A DNA stretch of 64,000 nucleotides from contig CAVUIP010000009.1 in NCBI GenBank assembly GCA_963741535.1, forward strand, positions 51,457 to 115,456. Direction: 5' to 3'. The stretch is from an uncultured Chitinophagaceae bacterium (GTDB lineage Bacteria > Bacteroidota > Bacteroidia > Chitinophagales > Chitinophagaceae). Numbering within the stretch: position 1 is the first letter of the stretch; each line of letters begins with the position of its first letter. Shown here in pieces: positions 30,385 through 40,288 of the stretch. A model generated the notes under the pieces. It saw nothing but the letters and a program-made list of their open reading frames with translations. It searched no databases and had not been told where the DNA came from. Both the position numbers and the translations under genes were made by a program.

Positions 30385-33300
30385 ATGAAAAAAGTTTTAT
30401 TACTGTTTTTAATAGCAGCCGTCTGTAGTAAGTATGCATTGGCACAACAACCCCAATTTAATTTGCAGGTAAGCGAAAAAATGCAACACTTTGGGCCGGC
30501 TTATGGATTTATACAGGATCAGCAGGGTTATATCTGGTTTAGCAGTTTTACAAAGGGGTTGATACGATATGATGGCAAAACGTTTAAATCTTTCAGGCAT
30601 GAGCCTGAAAAACCAAACTCACCTGCCAGCAATTTCATCATTTCAATGGCGATAGATTCCTCTGGCAATATTTGGATAGCTCACTTTGGCAGTGGGCTCG
30701 ACAGGTTTGACCCGGTTACCAATACTTTTACACATTTCAAAAACAATAAAGCTGATTTCAACAGTCTTATTTCCGACTCTGTTTTCAGCATTATGGTTGA
30801 TCATACCGGTAAACCCTGGATCGGTACAAATAAAGGACTGGAGTTCTTCGATACAAAAACCCGGAAGTTCACCCACATTCAAAAAAAAATAAATGATAAA
30901 CCAACTGATATCAGCCCCGCTGTTTTTGCATTGTACGAAGATAAAAAAGGTATTATCTGGTACACTACCGGTGATTTTTTAACTGGTAAAACAGGTGATT
31001 TTGACGGGCTCTTCAGGCTTGATCCATCTACAGGCAAACAAATATTTTACAAAGCAGACCCATTAAACCCAGAGAGCCTGATCAATTCTGCCGTTTCTGC
31101 AATTTTTGAAGATAGCAAGGGCAATTTTTGGGTGGGCACCAAAGGAAATGGCTTGCATACACTCGACAGGAAAACCGGGAAGTTTACAAGGCATTTATAC
31201 AATCCTTCCCGGGCCGGAAAACTGAGCAGGCCGCCAATTAGTAAAACGGACACTACAGATGCCATCAGTTTTATACAGGAAGACCATGCCGGCAAGATAT
31301 GGATCGGATCTTTTGAAAACGGCATCAACTGGTATGACCCTGCAACCAAACAATTGTTTCACTACGGATTAGTAAAAGACAAAAAAAATGATGCTGCATT
31401 TGCAAAAGATACACTTACGGGTTTTAAAGATGCAGGTGCTGTACGTTTTATGGTTGCAGCCGATAGTTCAACATGGATCTCTACCCAGTCTGGCGATATT
31501 TATTCCGTATCTTATGGCATAAAAACAATACCCTATTTCTCAAACAAAAAGTTTGTGAATTCATTCCACCTGGAGCCCAATGGCAATATACTTTGGTTTG
31601 GTACCGACTCTGGGCTTGTACGAAAAGACCTTTCTGCAAATTCATTTAAAGTGTGGGTACATGACCCGAAGGATCCCAACAGCCTAAACAATAATAGTGT
31701 AGTGCATATAAAGCCTGATGAAAATGGCAAGCTATACATTGCTACACATGTTGGCGGGCTTGATTTGTTTGATCCGGTAACGGGAAAGTTTGCACATATA
31801 AAACCAGGCAATGCAACCCCTGGCAATACCATGGATTCATTGCACCATATTTTTATTGAGAACGACCGCTACCTGTGGCTGGGTGGTGAAATTGGTTTAG
31901 CAAGGGTTGACCGTTCCACTAACAATTTCAATGTTTATCGTTTCAACAAAGAAAATGCAAAGGGTATAAGCGGCAGTACCATATATAGTATAGCCAAAGA
32001 CAAAAAGAACAATATGTGGTTTGCCAATGTTGGCGGCCTTGATAAATTTATAAGCGACAGCAATGCTTTCAAGCACTATTTAAAAGGCTATAGCGTAAGA
32101 GCGGTATTGGCTGATGCAAAAGGAATATTATGGGCAGGAACTGATGTAGGGTTGTATCAATACGATGAAGTTATAGATCAGTTTGTTCAATTTAATTCAC
32201 CCATTTTTTCTACGGGTATAGATATGATATTAAATATTCTGGAAGACGAGCAGCATAATCTTTGGGTGACTACGTCTAATGTCATTCTCAAGATAAGTGC
32301 CAACCGGGAACGCATTCAGATGTTTAATGCCGACTATGGCATTCTCTCCTCCAACTGGAACTGGCTAAATAATTACAAGGCAACCGATGGCCGTTTGTTT
32401 ATTGGTGGACAAAATGGTTACTACATGTTTAAACCCGAAGAAATTAATGTAAGTAATGCGGCGCCGGTGTTAAATTTTTCGCAACTTATTATAGGAAGTA
32501 AAGAGATATTTCCCGGCGACGACGGAATTCTTTCAGCCCCCATTTGGAAAACAGAAAAAATAAACCTTACCTACAATCAAAATACATTTTCTGTTGATTT
32601 TATTGCCCTCAATTATAATTCTTCCGAAGCAATCAAATACCTCTATCAACTGGAAAATTTTGACCATGCCTGGAATAATTTAGGAACCGATCACAAAGCA
32701 TCCTTTTTCAATGTTCCCCCCGGCCGGTACAAGCTTCGTGTAAGAGCTATCAACGGTGAAGGTACGATAACAGAAAAAACGCTATCCATCATTATATCCC
32801 CACCCTGGTGGAAGACATGGTGGGCTTACAGTATTTATGCATTATTAGTAATAATTGCCGGGTATTTAATATACAAATACCAAAAATCTTACATCATAAA
32901 AAGAGAAAGGGAAAGAACACAGCAAAAAGAATTAGAACAGGCAAAAGAAATTGAGAAAGCATACAAAACACTTCAAGCTACACAAGCTCAATTGGTACAA
33001 TCCGAAAAAATGGCCAGCCTCGGTGAACTCACTGCTGGCATTGCCCATGAAATTCAAAACCCGTTAAACTTCGTTAATAATTTTTCGGAAGTAAATAAAG
33101 AATTATGGTTGAGTTAAAGGATGAAATTGAAAAAGGAAATATGGATGAAGTAAATGCTATTGCAGATGATGTGATTAGCAACGAAGAAAAAATAAACCAC
33201 CACGGCAAACGTGCCGATGCCATTGTAAAAGGAATGCTGCAGCACAGCCGTAGTACAAGCAATGGCAACCAAAGAACCAACTAGATATTAATGCATTGGC

Positions 33301-33781
33301 AGATGAATACTTAAGGTTAGCCTATCATGGGCTTCGGGCAAAAGACAAATCGTTTAATGCAACAATGAAAACAGATTTTGATGAAACGATTGGTAACATC
33401 AACATCATTCCGCAGGATATTGGAAGAGTGATTTTGAATTTAATTACCAATGCTTTTTATGTGGTGGATGAAAAGAAAAAAGCTTCTCCAGAGAAGTCAA
33501 GTTTTGAAAACTTGACTTCTCTTTACGAACCAACTGTTTCTATAAGCACCAAAAAAGTTGGTGACAAAATAGAAATAAAGGTTGCAGACAATGGCAACGG
33601 CATACCTCAAAAAATTCTCGATAAAATTTTTCAACCCTTCTTCACCACCAAACCCACCGGGCAGGGAACAGGTTTGGGATTGAGTTTGAGTTATGATATT
33701 GTAAAAGCGCATGGTGGAGAGTTGAAGGTGGAAACGAAGGAAGGGGAGGGAACTGAGTTTATTATTTTATTACCTATATAG
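30385..33781 (+). CDS. Histidine kinase 3 (Reg_prop beta-propeller and YYY sensor; frameshifts near 33105 and 33275)
   Basis: D..G..W.GT repeats, [20 protein letters not shown], shared transmitter. Confidence 0.88.
33490..33522. repeat. Perfect 16-bp inverted repeat read in frame in HK3
   Basis: AGAGAAGTCAAGTTTT-G-AAAACTTGACTTCTCT. Confidence 0.9.
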
Positions 33782-33823
33782 TTTTTAACTTTATACGCAA
33801 CTAACTGCTGTACAAAATTATTT

Positions 33824-35185
33824 ATGTTTTTAGAACCTATACTTATATTAATACTTGTACGCTACCTGCGTAAAAAAATACTTACACAAAAACAGCAGCC
33901 CCAGTTAGACAAGGTGCTTGTAATTGTTATGGTCGCTGCTATTGTGCTGCTTGTAGCGGGCACAACCATAAAGCAAACCAGGCAAGCAGTAATGTGGCTG
34001 AATCATGCGCTGGTGTTGGCATTTATTTACTGGGTGTTAAGTAAAAAAGAATTTCAGCAGGTAAAACCGGTAGTATATTCTGTAGTGCCTTTAATCATTA
34101 TTTCTTTTATTGAAAGTGTAACCAAAGCAATAAACAAAACATTTTACAGCCAATGGGATAATGTTTTTGATGCTGCTACCCTATTTGCATTTTTATGGAT
34201 ACTGGCCATGTGGCTTATAACAAAAAAACAAAGAAAAGCGCTGGAAGAAGAAAGAAAGAAAACACTGGAGATAGAAAAAGAAATACAGATTAACGAAAAA
34301 ATAAAAGAAGCACTGGAAATACAGGTAACCGAACGCACTGCCGCACTTACTTTACAAAAAGAAGAACTGGAGCATACACTTAACGAATTAAAATCTACAC
34401 AGGCATTATTAATACAGGCCGAAAAAATGGCCAGCCTTGGAGAACTTACCGCAGGCATTGCCCACGAAATTCAAAACCCTTTAAACTTTGTAAATAATTT
34501 TAGCGAAGTAAATAAAGAGTTGCTGGCAGAGATGAAAGAAGAAATTGACAAAGGAAATTTTGAGGAGGTAAAAGCCATTGCAACAGATGTAATAGATAAT
34601 CAGGAAAAAATAAATCATCATGGCAAACGTGCCGATGCTATTGTAAAAGGTATGCTGCAGCACAGCCGTAAAAGCAGCGGGCAAAAAGAACCAACAGATA
34701 TTAATGCACTGGCCGATGAATATTTACGCTTAGCGTATCATGGTTTAAGAGCAAAAGATAAATCTTTTAACGCCAGTTTAAAAACAGATTATGATGAAAG
34801 CATTGGCAATATCAATATTATTCCCCAAGATATTGGCAGGGTAATTTTAAATTTAATTACCAATGCATTTTATGTGGTGGGTGAAAAGAAAAAACAAATT
34901 GGCGAAGGTTACGAACCAGCTGTTACCGTTAGCACAAGCCGCTCCCCCTCCTTTGGAGAGAGCCGGGGTGAGGTTTGCATAAGTGTAAAAGATAACGGCA
35001 ACGGCATTCCACAAAAAATATTAGATAAAATTTTTCAACCTTTTTTTACTACCAAACCTACGGGTGAAGGAACAGGCCTTGGCTTAAGCATCAGTTACGA
35101 TATTATTAAAGCACATGGCGGAGAATTAAAAGTGGAAACTAAGGAAAACGAAGGCACTAAATTTACCATTCATTTACCAGCATAA
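33824..35185 (+). CDS. Histidine kinase 4 (multi-TM input)
   Basis: About 5 TM segments, coiled coil, shared transmitter. Confidence 0.92.
   Translation: MFLEPILILILVRYLRKKILTQKQQPQLDKVLVIVMVAAIVLLVAGTTIKQTRQAVMWLNHALVLAFIYWVLSKKEFQQVKPVVYSVVPLIIISFIESVTKAINKTFYSQWDNVFDAATLFAFLWILAMWLITKKQRKALEEERKKTLEIEKEIQINEKIKEALEIQVTERTAALTLQKEELEHTLNELKSTQALLIQAEKMASLGELTAGIAHEIQNPLNFVNNFSEVNKELLAEMKEEIDKGNFEEVKAIATDVIDNQEKINHHGKRADAIVKGMLQHSRKSSGQKEPTDINALADEYLRLAYHGLRAKDKSFNASLKTDYDESIGNINIIPQDIGRVILNLITNAFYVVGEKKKQIGEGYEPAVTVSTSRSPSFGESRGEVCISVKDNGNGIPQKILDKIFQPFFTTKPTGEGTGLGLSISYDIIKAHGGELKVETKENEGTKFTIHLPA
34942..34973 (+). repeat. REP-like element (CTCCTTTGGAGAG..GGGGTGAGG) read in frame in HK4
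   Basis: Matches the intergenic copy at 46715-46747. Confidence 0.85.
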
Positions 35186-35201
35186 ACCTTAAATAAATCA
35201 A

Positions 35202-35576
35202 ATGAAAATTTTAGTAGTTGATGACGAAAAAGATGTACAGACACTTTTTGAACAGCGCTTTAGAAAGGAAATAAAAAGCTGTGAAATGGATTTTATTTTT
35301 GCTTTTTCCGGCGAAGATGCACTTGCTTATTTAAACCAGCACGAGCATGAAGCGGTGTTAATTTTATCCGATATAAACATGCCGGGCATGAGCGGACTTG
35401 AATTGCTGAAACACATCAAACAAAAATACCACAAGCCGCCGCCGGTAGTAATGATGATAACAGCTTATGGCGATGCCGAAAATTTTAACATAGCAAAAGA
35501 ACTGGGTGCCGATGATTTTTTAACCAAGCCTGTGGATTTTACTGCATTAAAACAAAAACTTAAACCTACCAACTAA
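35202..35576 (+). CDS. Single-domain response regulator
   Basis: VVDDE, SDINMPGMSG, ITAYG, LTKP. Confidence 0.95.
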   Translation: MKILVVDDEKDVQTLFEQRFRKEIKSCEMDFIFAFSGEDALAYLNQHEHEAVLILSDINMPGMSGLELLKHIKQKYHKPPPVVMMITAYGDAENFNIAKELGADDFLTKPVDFTALKQKLKPTN

Positions 35577-36616
35577 TGGCAAAAATATTAGTAGCCGATG
35601 ATGAGGCCGATTTGGAAATGCTCATCAAACAAAAATTTCGCCAAAAAATACGGGAGCAGCAATACGAATTTGTTTTTGCTGTAAATGGTAACGATGCGCT
35701 GGCTAAAATTCAGCAGCACCCAGATATTGATATTTTATTAAGCGATATTAATATGCCCGAAATGGATGGGCTAACATTACTGAGCCGCATGAGCGAATGC
35801 AGCCCGTTAATAAAATCGGTAATTGTTTCTGCCTACGGCGATATGGAAAACATTCGCACTGCCATGAACCGTGGTGCATTCGATTTTATTACCAAGCCTA
35901 TAAATTTTGAAGACCTTTCTGTAACCATGGAAAAAACAATTCATCATGTTTTACAGGTAAAAGAAACTTTAAAAGCAATAAAAGAAAATAATATTTTAAG
36001 AATGTATGTAGATGAAACAGTGCTGAATTTTATGGGCAGCCGTGAATTTGAATCATCATTAGTGGCTAACGAAATAGTAGAAGCTACAGTAGTTTTTATT
36101 GATATCTGCAGCTTTACATCTATAAGCGAAAACGAAACACCCGATACCGTTGTAAAATTATTGAATACCTATTTTGATGTAATGGTAAAAGAAATTATTG
36201 CACAGGGCGGTTATATTGATAAATTTATAGGCGATGCAGTAATGGCGGTTTTTCGTGGCGATTTTCATTTAGATAAAGCAATTGATGCCTGCCTTGCTGT
36301 AAGATCGCAAATTGAAAAATTGCCTCTATTAGAAAACCATATTTCTTTTACACCAAAAGTTTCTATTGGTATTAACAGCGGCGAAATGATTTCGGGAAAT
36401 ATTGGCGCCGCCAGCCTGCGCCGTTTAGATTACACCGTTATAGGCGATACCGTAAACATTGCACAACGTTTACAATCTGTAGCAAAAGAAAACCAGATCA
36501 TTATTACTGAATCAGCTTATCAAAAAGTAAAAGAATCTTTTAATTGTAAAAAGGTTGGTGAAGTAAGTTTAAAAAACAAATCAGGATTGATGAATGTGTA
36601 TGAAGTGATGGATTAA
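35576..36616 (+). CDS. Receiver-class III adenylate cyclase fusion
   Basis: REC domain, then FIDICSFT, DKFIGDAVM, YTVIGDTVN.AQRL. Confidence 0.92.
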   Translation: MAKILVADDEADLEMLIKQKFRQKIREQQYEFVFAVNGNDALAKIQQHPDIDILLSDINMPEMDGLTLLSRMSECSPLIKSVIVSAYGDMENIRTAMNRGAFDFITKPINFEDLSVTMEKTIHHVLQVKETLKAIKENNILRMYVDETVLNFMGSREFESSLVANEIVEATVVFIDICSFTSISENETPDTVVKLLNTYFDVMVKEIIAQGGYIDKFIGDAVMAVFRGDFHLDKAIDACLAVRSQIEKLPLLENHISFTPKVSIGINSGEMISGNIGAASLRRLDYTVIGDTVNIAQRLQSVAKENQIIITESAYQKVKESFNCKKVGEVSLKNKSGLMNVYEVMD

Positions 36617-36697
36617 CCCGTCTCCGACGGGAATGCAATGGTTTTTAGACTTTGTCTCATGAAGATTGATAAATAAATTCTATTGTATCTTTATTAT

Positions 36698-37000
36698 ATG
36701 TCAGAAAAACAAAAACCAATATTTAACAGGCGTATTTTTTGGGATGTAGTTTTTGAAAACATTGACTACGATACTAAAGCTAATTTTGTAATAGAACGTG
36801 TTTTTGAGCGTGGCGATGTGGAGGATATTAGAAATTGCCGCCGCTATTATGGTGATGAAATAGTTACAGAAGCATTGCTGAATGCAAAATTTTTACCGGA
36901 GCATACTATGTATTTGGCAAGCGCTGTAATTGATAAACCGTTAAACGAATTTAGATGTTACAAGTTGAGACAGTTGAACCCCACACTTTTTCCGTACTAA
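36698..37000 (+). CDS. DUF6922-like protein, putative antitoxin
   Basis: FWDV, FVIERVFERG, YYG; overlaps the AbiEii gene. Confidence 0.7.
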   Translation: MSEKQKPIFNRRIFWDVVFENIDYDTKANFVIERVFERGDVEDIRNCRRYYGDEIVTEALLNAKFLPEHTMYLASAVIDKPLNEFRCYKLRQLNPTLFPY

Positions 37001-37581
37001 AACAACTGATGGAAATGCCGGAGCTAAAGGATTTTTCTTTGGTTGGTGGCACAGCTTTATCACTCTTATATGGTCACCGCATGTCAGTAGATTTAGATCT
37101 TTTTTCTAATAAATTATTTGAGAATGAAGTAATTGTTGATGCGCTTGAAAAAAAATTTAAACAATCTTTTGCAAACAGATCAACCAATCCACGTTTTGGT
37201 ATTTTCTGTTTTGTGGATGCAGTAAAAATTGACATCATTCACCATCCCCATACTTTAATAAGACCAGCAAAAAATATAGATGGTATTAGAATGTTTTCTA
37301 CCGAAGATATAATTGCCATGAAAGTGCAGGCAATATTGGGCAGAGGTAAGAAAAAAGATTTTTGGGATATTGCAGAATTACTCCAGCATTTTTCCATTGC
37401 AGATTTTATACAATTTCATAAAGAAAAATATACCACCCAAAATTTATTAATTACGGTACCGCAAGCCATCACCTATTTTTCAGATGCTGATGAAAGTGAA
37501 GACCCGATAAGTTTAAAAAATCAAACCTGGGAAAAGGTAAAAGCATTTATTAATAAAAAAGTTAGCGACTATTTAAAATAA
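36955..37581 (+). CDS. AbiEii/AbiGii-family nucleotidyltransferase toxin
   Basis: LVGGTALSL..GHR.S.DLDLF, AMK..AI..RG.KKDFWDI. Confidence 0.88.
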   Translation: MLQVETVEPHTFSVLKQLMEMPELKDFSLVGGTALSLLYGHRMSVDLDLFSNKLFENEVIVDALEKKFKQSFANRSTNPRFGIFCFVDAVKIDIIHHPHTLIRPAKNIDGIRMFSTEDIIAMKVQAILGRGKKKDFWDIAELLQHFSIADFIQFHKEKYTTQNLLITVPQAITYFSDADESEDPISLKNQTWEKVKAFINKKVSDYLK

Positions 37582-37587
37582 AAATAA

Positions 37588-39822
37588 ATGAATTTAAAAA
37601 CTCCATCTTTAAAAAAAATAAAAATTCTTTTATTTTTTTTCATAGCCTGCCAGCAAATTTTTGCCCAGCCTTTTTCATTTACTCAGCCTTTTTCAATTGC
37701 CGAAATTAAAAAATGGCAAACACAAGCACAAAACGTTACCATCATCCGTGATAATTACGGCATACCGCATATTTATGGTAAAACAGATGCGGATGCAGTT
37801 TTTGGTTTACTGTATGCCCAATGCGAAGATGATTTTAAAAGAGTAGAATTAAATTATATTGAAAAACTGGGCCGCATGGCCGAAGTAAAAGGCGAAAGTG
37901 AATTATATAACGATCTTTTAATAAAAATGATCATCGACAGTGCCGATGCTGTTAAAGATTATAACAATGCCCCGGCCTGGTTACAAAAATTATGCAATGC
38001 CTTTGCAGATGGCATTAATTATTATCTCTACAAAAACCCTTCAACAAAACCTGCTTTGCTCACCAGATTTAAACCCTGGTATCCTTTACTATGGACGGAT
38101 GGCAGCATTGGCGCCATCAGCACTGCAGATATTACAGTGGATGAATTGAAAAATTTTTATTCAAGCGAAGCGCCTGTTGCCATTATAAAAAAACAGGAAG
38201 AAGAAACTGTAACAGGCTCTAATGGTTTTGCTTTTGCACCAAAAATTACCGAATCAAAAAATGCAATTCTCTATATTAATCCGCATGTAACATTTTATTT
38301 TCGGCCCGAAGTGCATATAGTTAGCGAAGAAGGATTAAATGCTTACGGTGCAGTTACCTGGGGGCAGTTTTTTGTGTACCAGGGTTTTAATGAACACTGC
38401 GGATGGATGCATACTTCCAGTGCTGTAGATGCCGCCGATACATACATAGAAAAAATATCTAAAAAAAGTAACGGTTATGTTTATGAATACAACAATGCAG
38501 AAAAAAAGGTGATAGAAAAAAAGATAACACTGCATTATAAAGTTGCTGATAATATTGAAACAAAAAACATTACTGCACTCTACACTCATCACGGCCCTAT
38601 AATGGCAAAACGAAATGGCCAAATACTTAGCCTTAGGGCCGACAACAGAATTATGAATGGCTTGATACAATGCTGGCAAAGAAATAAAGCCACCAGTTTT
38701 GTGGCCTTTAAAAAAACATTAGACCTTAAAGGAAACATTAGTAACAACACCGTGTACGCCGATGCAGAAGGTAATATTGCTTACTGGCATGGCAACCGCA
38801 TTCCGGTAAAAGATAAAAAATACAATTGGAACAAAGCGGTAGATGGCTCAACAGGCGCAACTGAATGGAAAGGTTTACATCCCATAAATAAAATTGTACA
38901 AAGTATAAATCCTGTAAATGGCTGGGTACAAAATTGTAATTCCACGCCATATACAGTTGCAGGCAATAACAGTCCTAAAAGAAAAAACTACCCTTTTTAT
39001 ATGGCGCCTGATGGTGAAAACTACCGTGGTATAAACGCCGTACGTGTTTTAGATAAAGAAAAAAATTACAATCTTGATAAAATAATTGCTGCCGGTTACG
39101 ACACTTATCTGGCCGCATTTGAAAAATTAATTCCTGCTTTAATAAATGCTTTTGAAAAAAATATTGCTCCTAATGATAGTTTGTACACAAAATTAAAAGA
39201 GCCCATAACAATTTTAAAAAATTGGGATATGCGTTGCGGTGTAAATTCCATTGCAACAACTTTAGCAGTTGAATGGGGGCAAAAATTAATTCCTGAAATT
39301 ATAAAAAGTAATGATGAAGACGAATTTCAGTTTGTGGACCAGGTTACTAAAACCAACCGCTTTATTACAAAAGCTTCTGCACAAGATTTACTTGTACCAC
39401 TTGCCGCAGTAATAAATGAATTGCAAAATAAATTTGGTAAATGGCAATTGCCATGGGGAGATATTAATCGCTTTCAAAGAATATCCTCTGATGTAGAAAA
39501 TAAATTTGACGACAGTAAAGAAAGTATTCCGGTTGCCTTCGCTTCATCAACATGGGGCATGCTTCCCTCTTACACCAGCCGCAATTTTACCGGCACTAAA
39601 AAAAGATACGGTGTACATGGCAACAGTTTTATTTGTGCTGTAGAGTTTGGTAAAAAAATAAAAGCCAAATCTTTATTAGCCGGTGGCAACAGCGGCAATG
39701 AAAACTCTCCCCATTTTTTCGATCAGGGCTTAATGTACAGCCAGGGAAAATTTAAAGACGTATTATTTTATAAAGATGATGTTTTACAACATGCAGAAAA
39801 AAAATATCATCCGGGAGAATAA
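37588..39822 (+). CDS. Penicillin acylase family Ntn-hydrolase (S45)
   Basis: RDNYGIPHIYG, GSN nucleophile site, INPH, QNCN. Confidence 0.9.
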   Translation: MNLKTPSLKKIKILLFFFIACQQIFAQPFSFTQPFSIAEIKKWQTQAQNVTIIRDNYGIPHIYGKTDADAVFGLLYAQCEDDFKRVELNYIEKLGRMAEVKGESELYNDLLIKMIIDSADAVKDYNNAPAWLQKLCNAFADGINYYLYKNPSTKPALLTRFKPWYPLLWTDGSIGAISTADITVDELKNFYSSEAPVAIIKKQEEETVTGSNGFAFAPKITESKNAILYINPHVTFYFRPEVHIVSEEGLNAYGAVTWGQFFVYQGFNEHCGWMHTSSAVDAADTYIEKISKKSNGYVYEYNNAEKKVIEKKITLHYKVADNIETKNITALYTHHGPIMAKRNGQILSLRADNRIMNGLIQCWQRNKATSFVAFKKTLDLKGNISNNTVYADAEGNIAYWHGNRIPVKDKKYNWNKAVDGSTGATEWKGLHPINKIVQSINPVNGWVQNCNSTPYTVAGNNSPKRKNYPFYMAPDGENYRGINAVRVLDKEKNYNLDKIIAAGYDTYLAAFEKLIPALINAFEKNIAPNDSLYTKLKEPITILKNWDMRCGVNSIATTLAVEWGQKLIPEIIKSNDEDEFQFVDQVTKTNRFITKASAQDLLVPLAAVINELQNKFGKWQLPWGDINRFQRISSDVENKFDDSKESIPVAFASSTWGMLPSYTSRNFTGTKKRYGVHGNSFICAVEFGKKIKAKSLLAGGNSGNENSPHFFDQGLMYSQGKFKDVLFYKDDVLQHAEKKYHPGE

Positions 39823-40027
39823 TTTTTTAAAAGAAATTGATTTGTCTTTAAAAGAAATGAAAATAAAATTATTCTCTGCAATACTAATAGTAGAATTACA
39901 AATGCTCAAGTCACAGTCCGCAGGATGCTGTGCATAGTACAAAAGCCCCACATAGCTGCTTCCCGAAATCGGGCTGTATTCGATTTCGGGCGGCTTTTTT
40001 GGTTACTTTTTTTCCGAAAAAAAAGTA

Positions 40028-40154
40028 ATACCAATTAGACATTGAAACTATACAATAAAAAAATGTCAGGTTGAGCTTGTCGAAACCGGTGCTGAATTAA
40101 ACCCGCCTTCGACAAGCTCAGGCTGACAGTGTGATTTTAATGTCTAACTGGTAT
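40028..40154. mobile_element. MITE-like element enclosing a REP doublet
   Basis: Terminal IR ATACCAATTAGACATT / AATGTCTAACTGGTAT around TGTCAGGTTGAGCTTGTCGAA ... TTCGACAAGCTCAGGCTGACA. Confidence 0.7.
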
Positions 40155-40288
40155 AACACAAAAACTTAGGCCCTTTGTAAAGAGTAATACTGCCTAAAGG
40201 AAAAATTGCAAACAATTATCTTACAAAATTATCCTCCACATTTATTTTACTATAAGCAAGAATCAAAAAATAATTTTATCTTACCATC

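Noticed and set aside
25071..35185. Kinase repeats as a diversity-generating retroelement or shufflon
   Set aside because: No reverse transcriptase or recombinase in the window, differences are not adenine-specific, and the repeats are direct coding paralogy
13326..37581. Integron or prophage
   Set aside because: No integrase, attC-like sites or phage structural genes; Bro-N alone is insufficient
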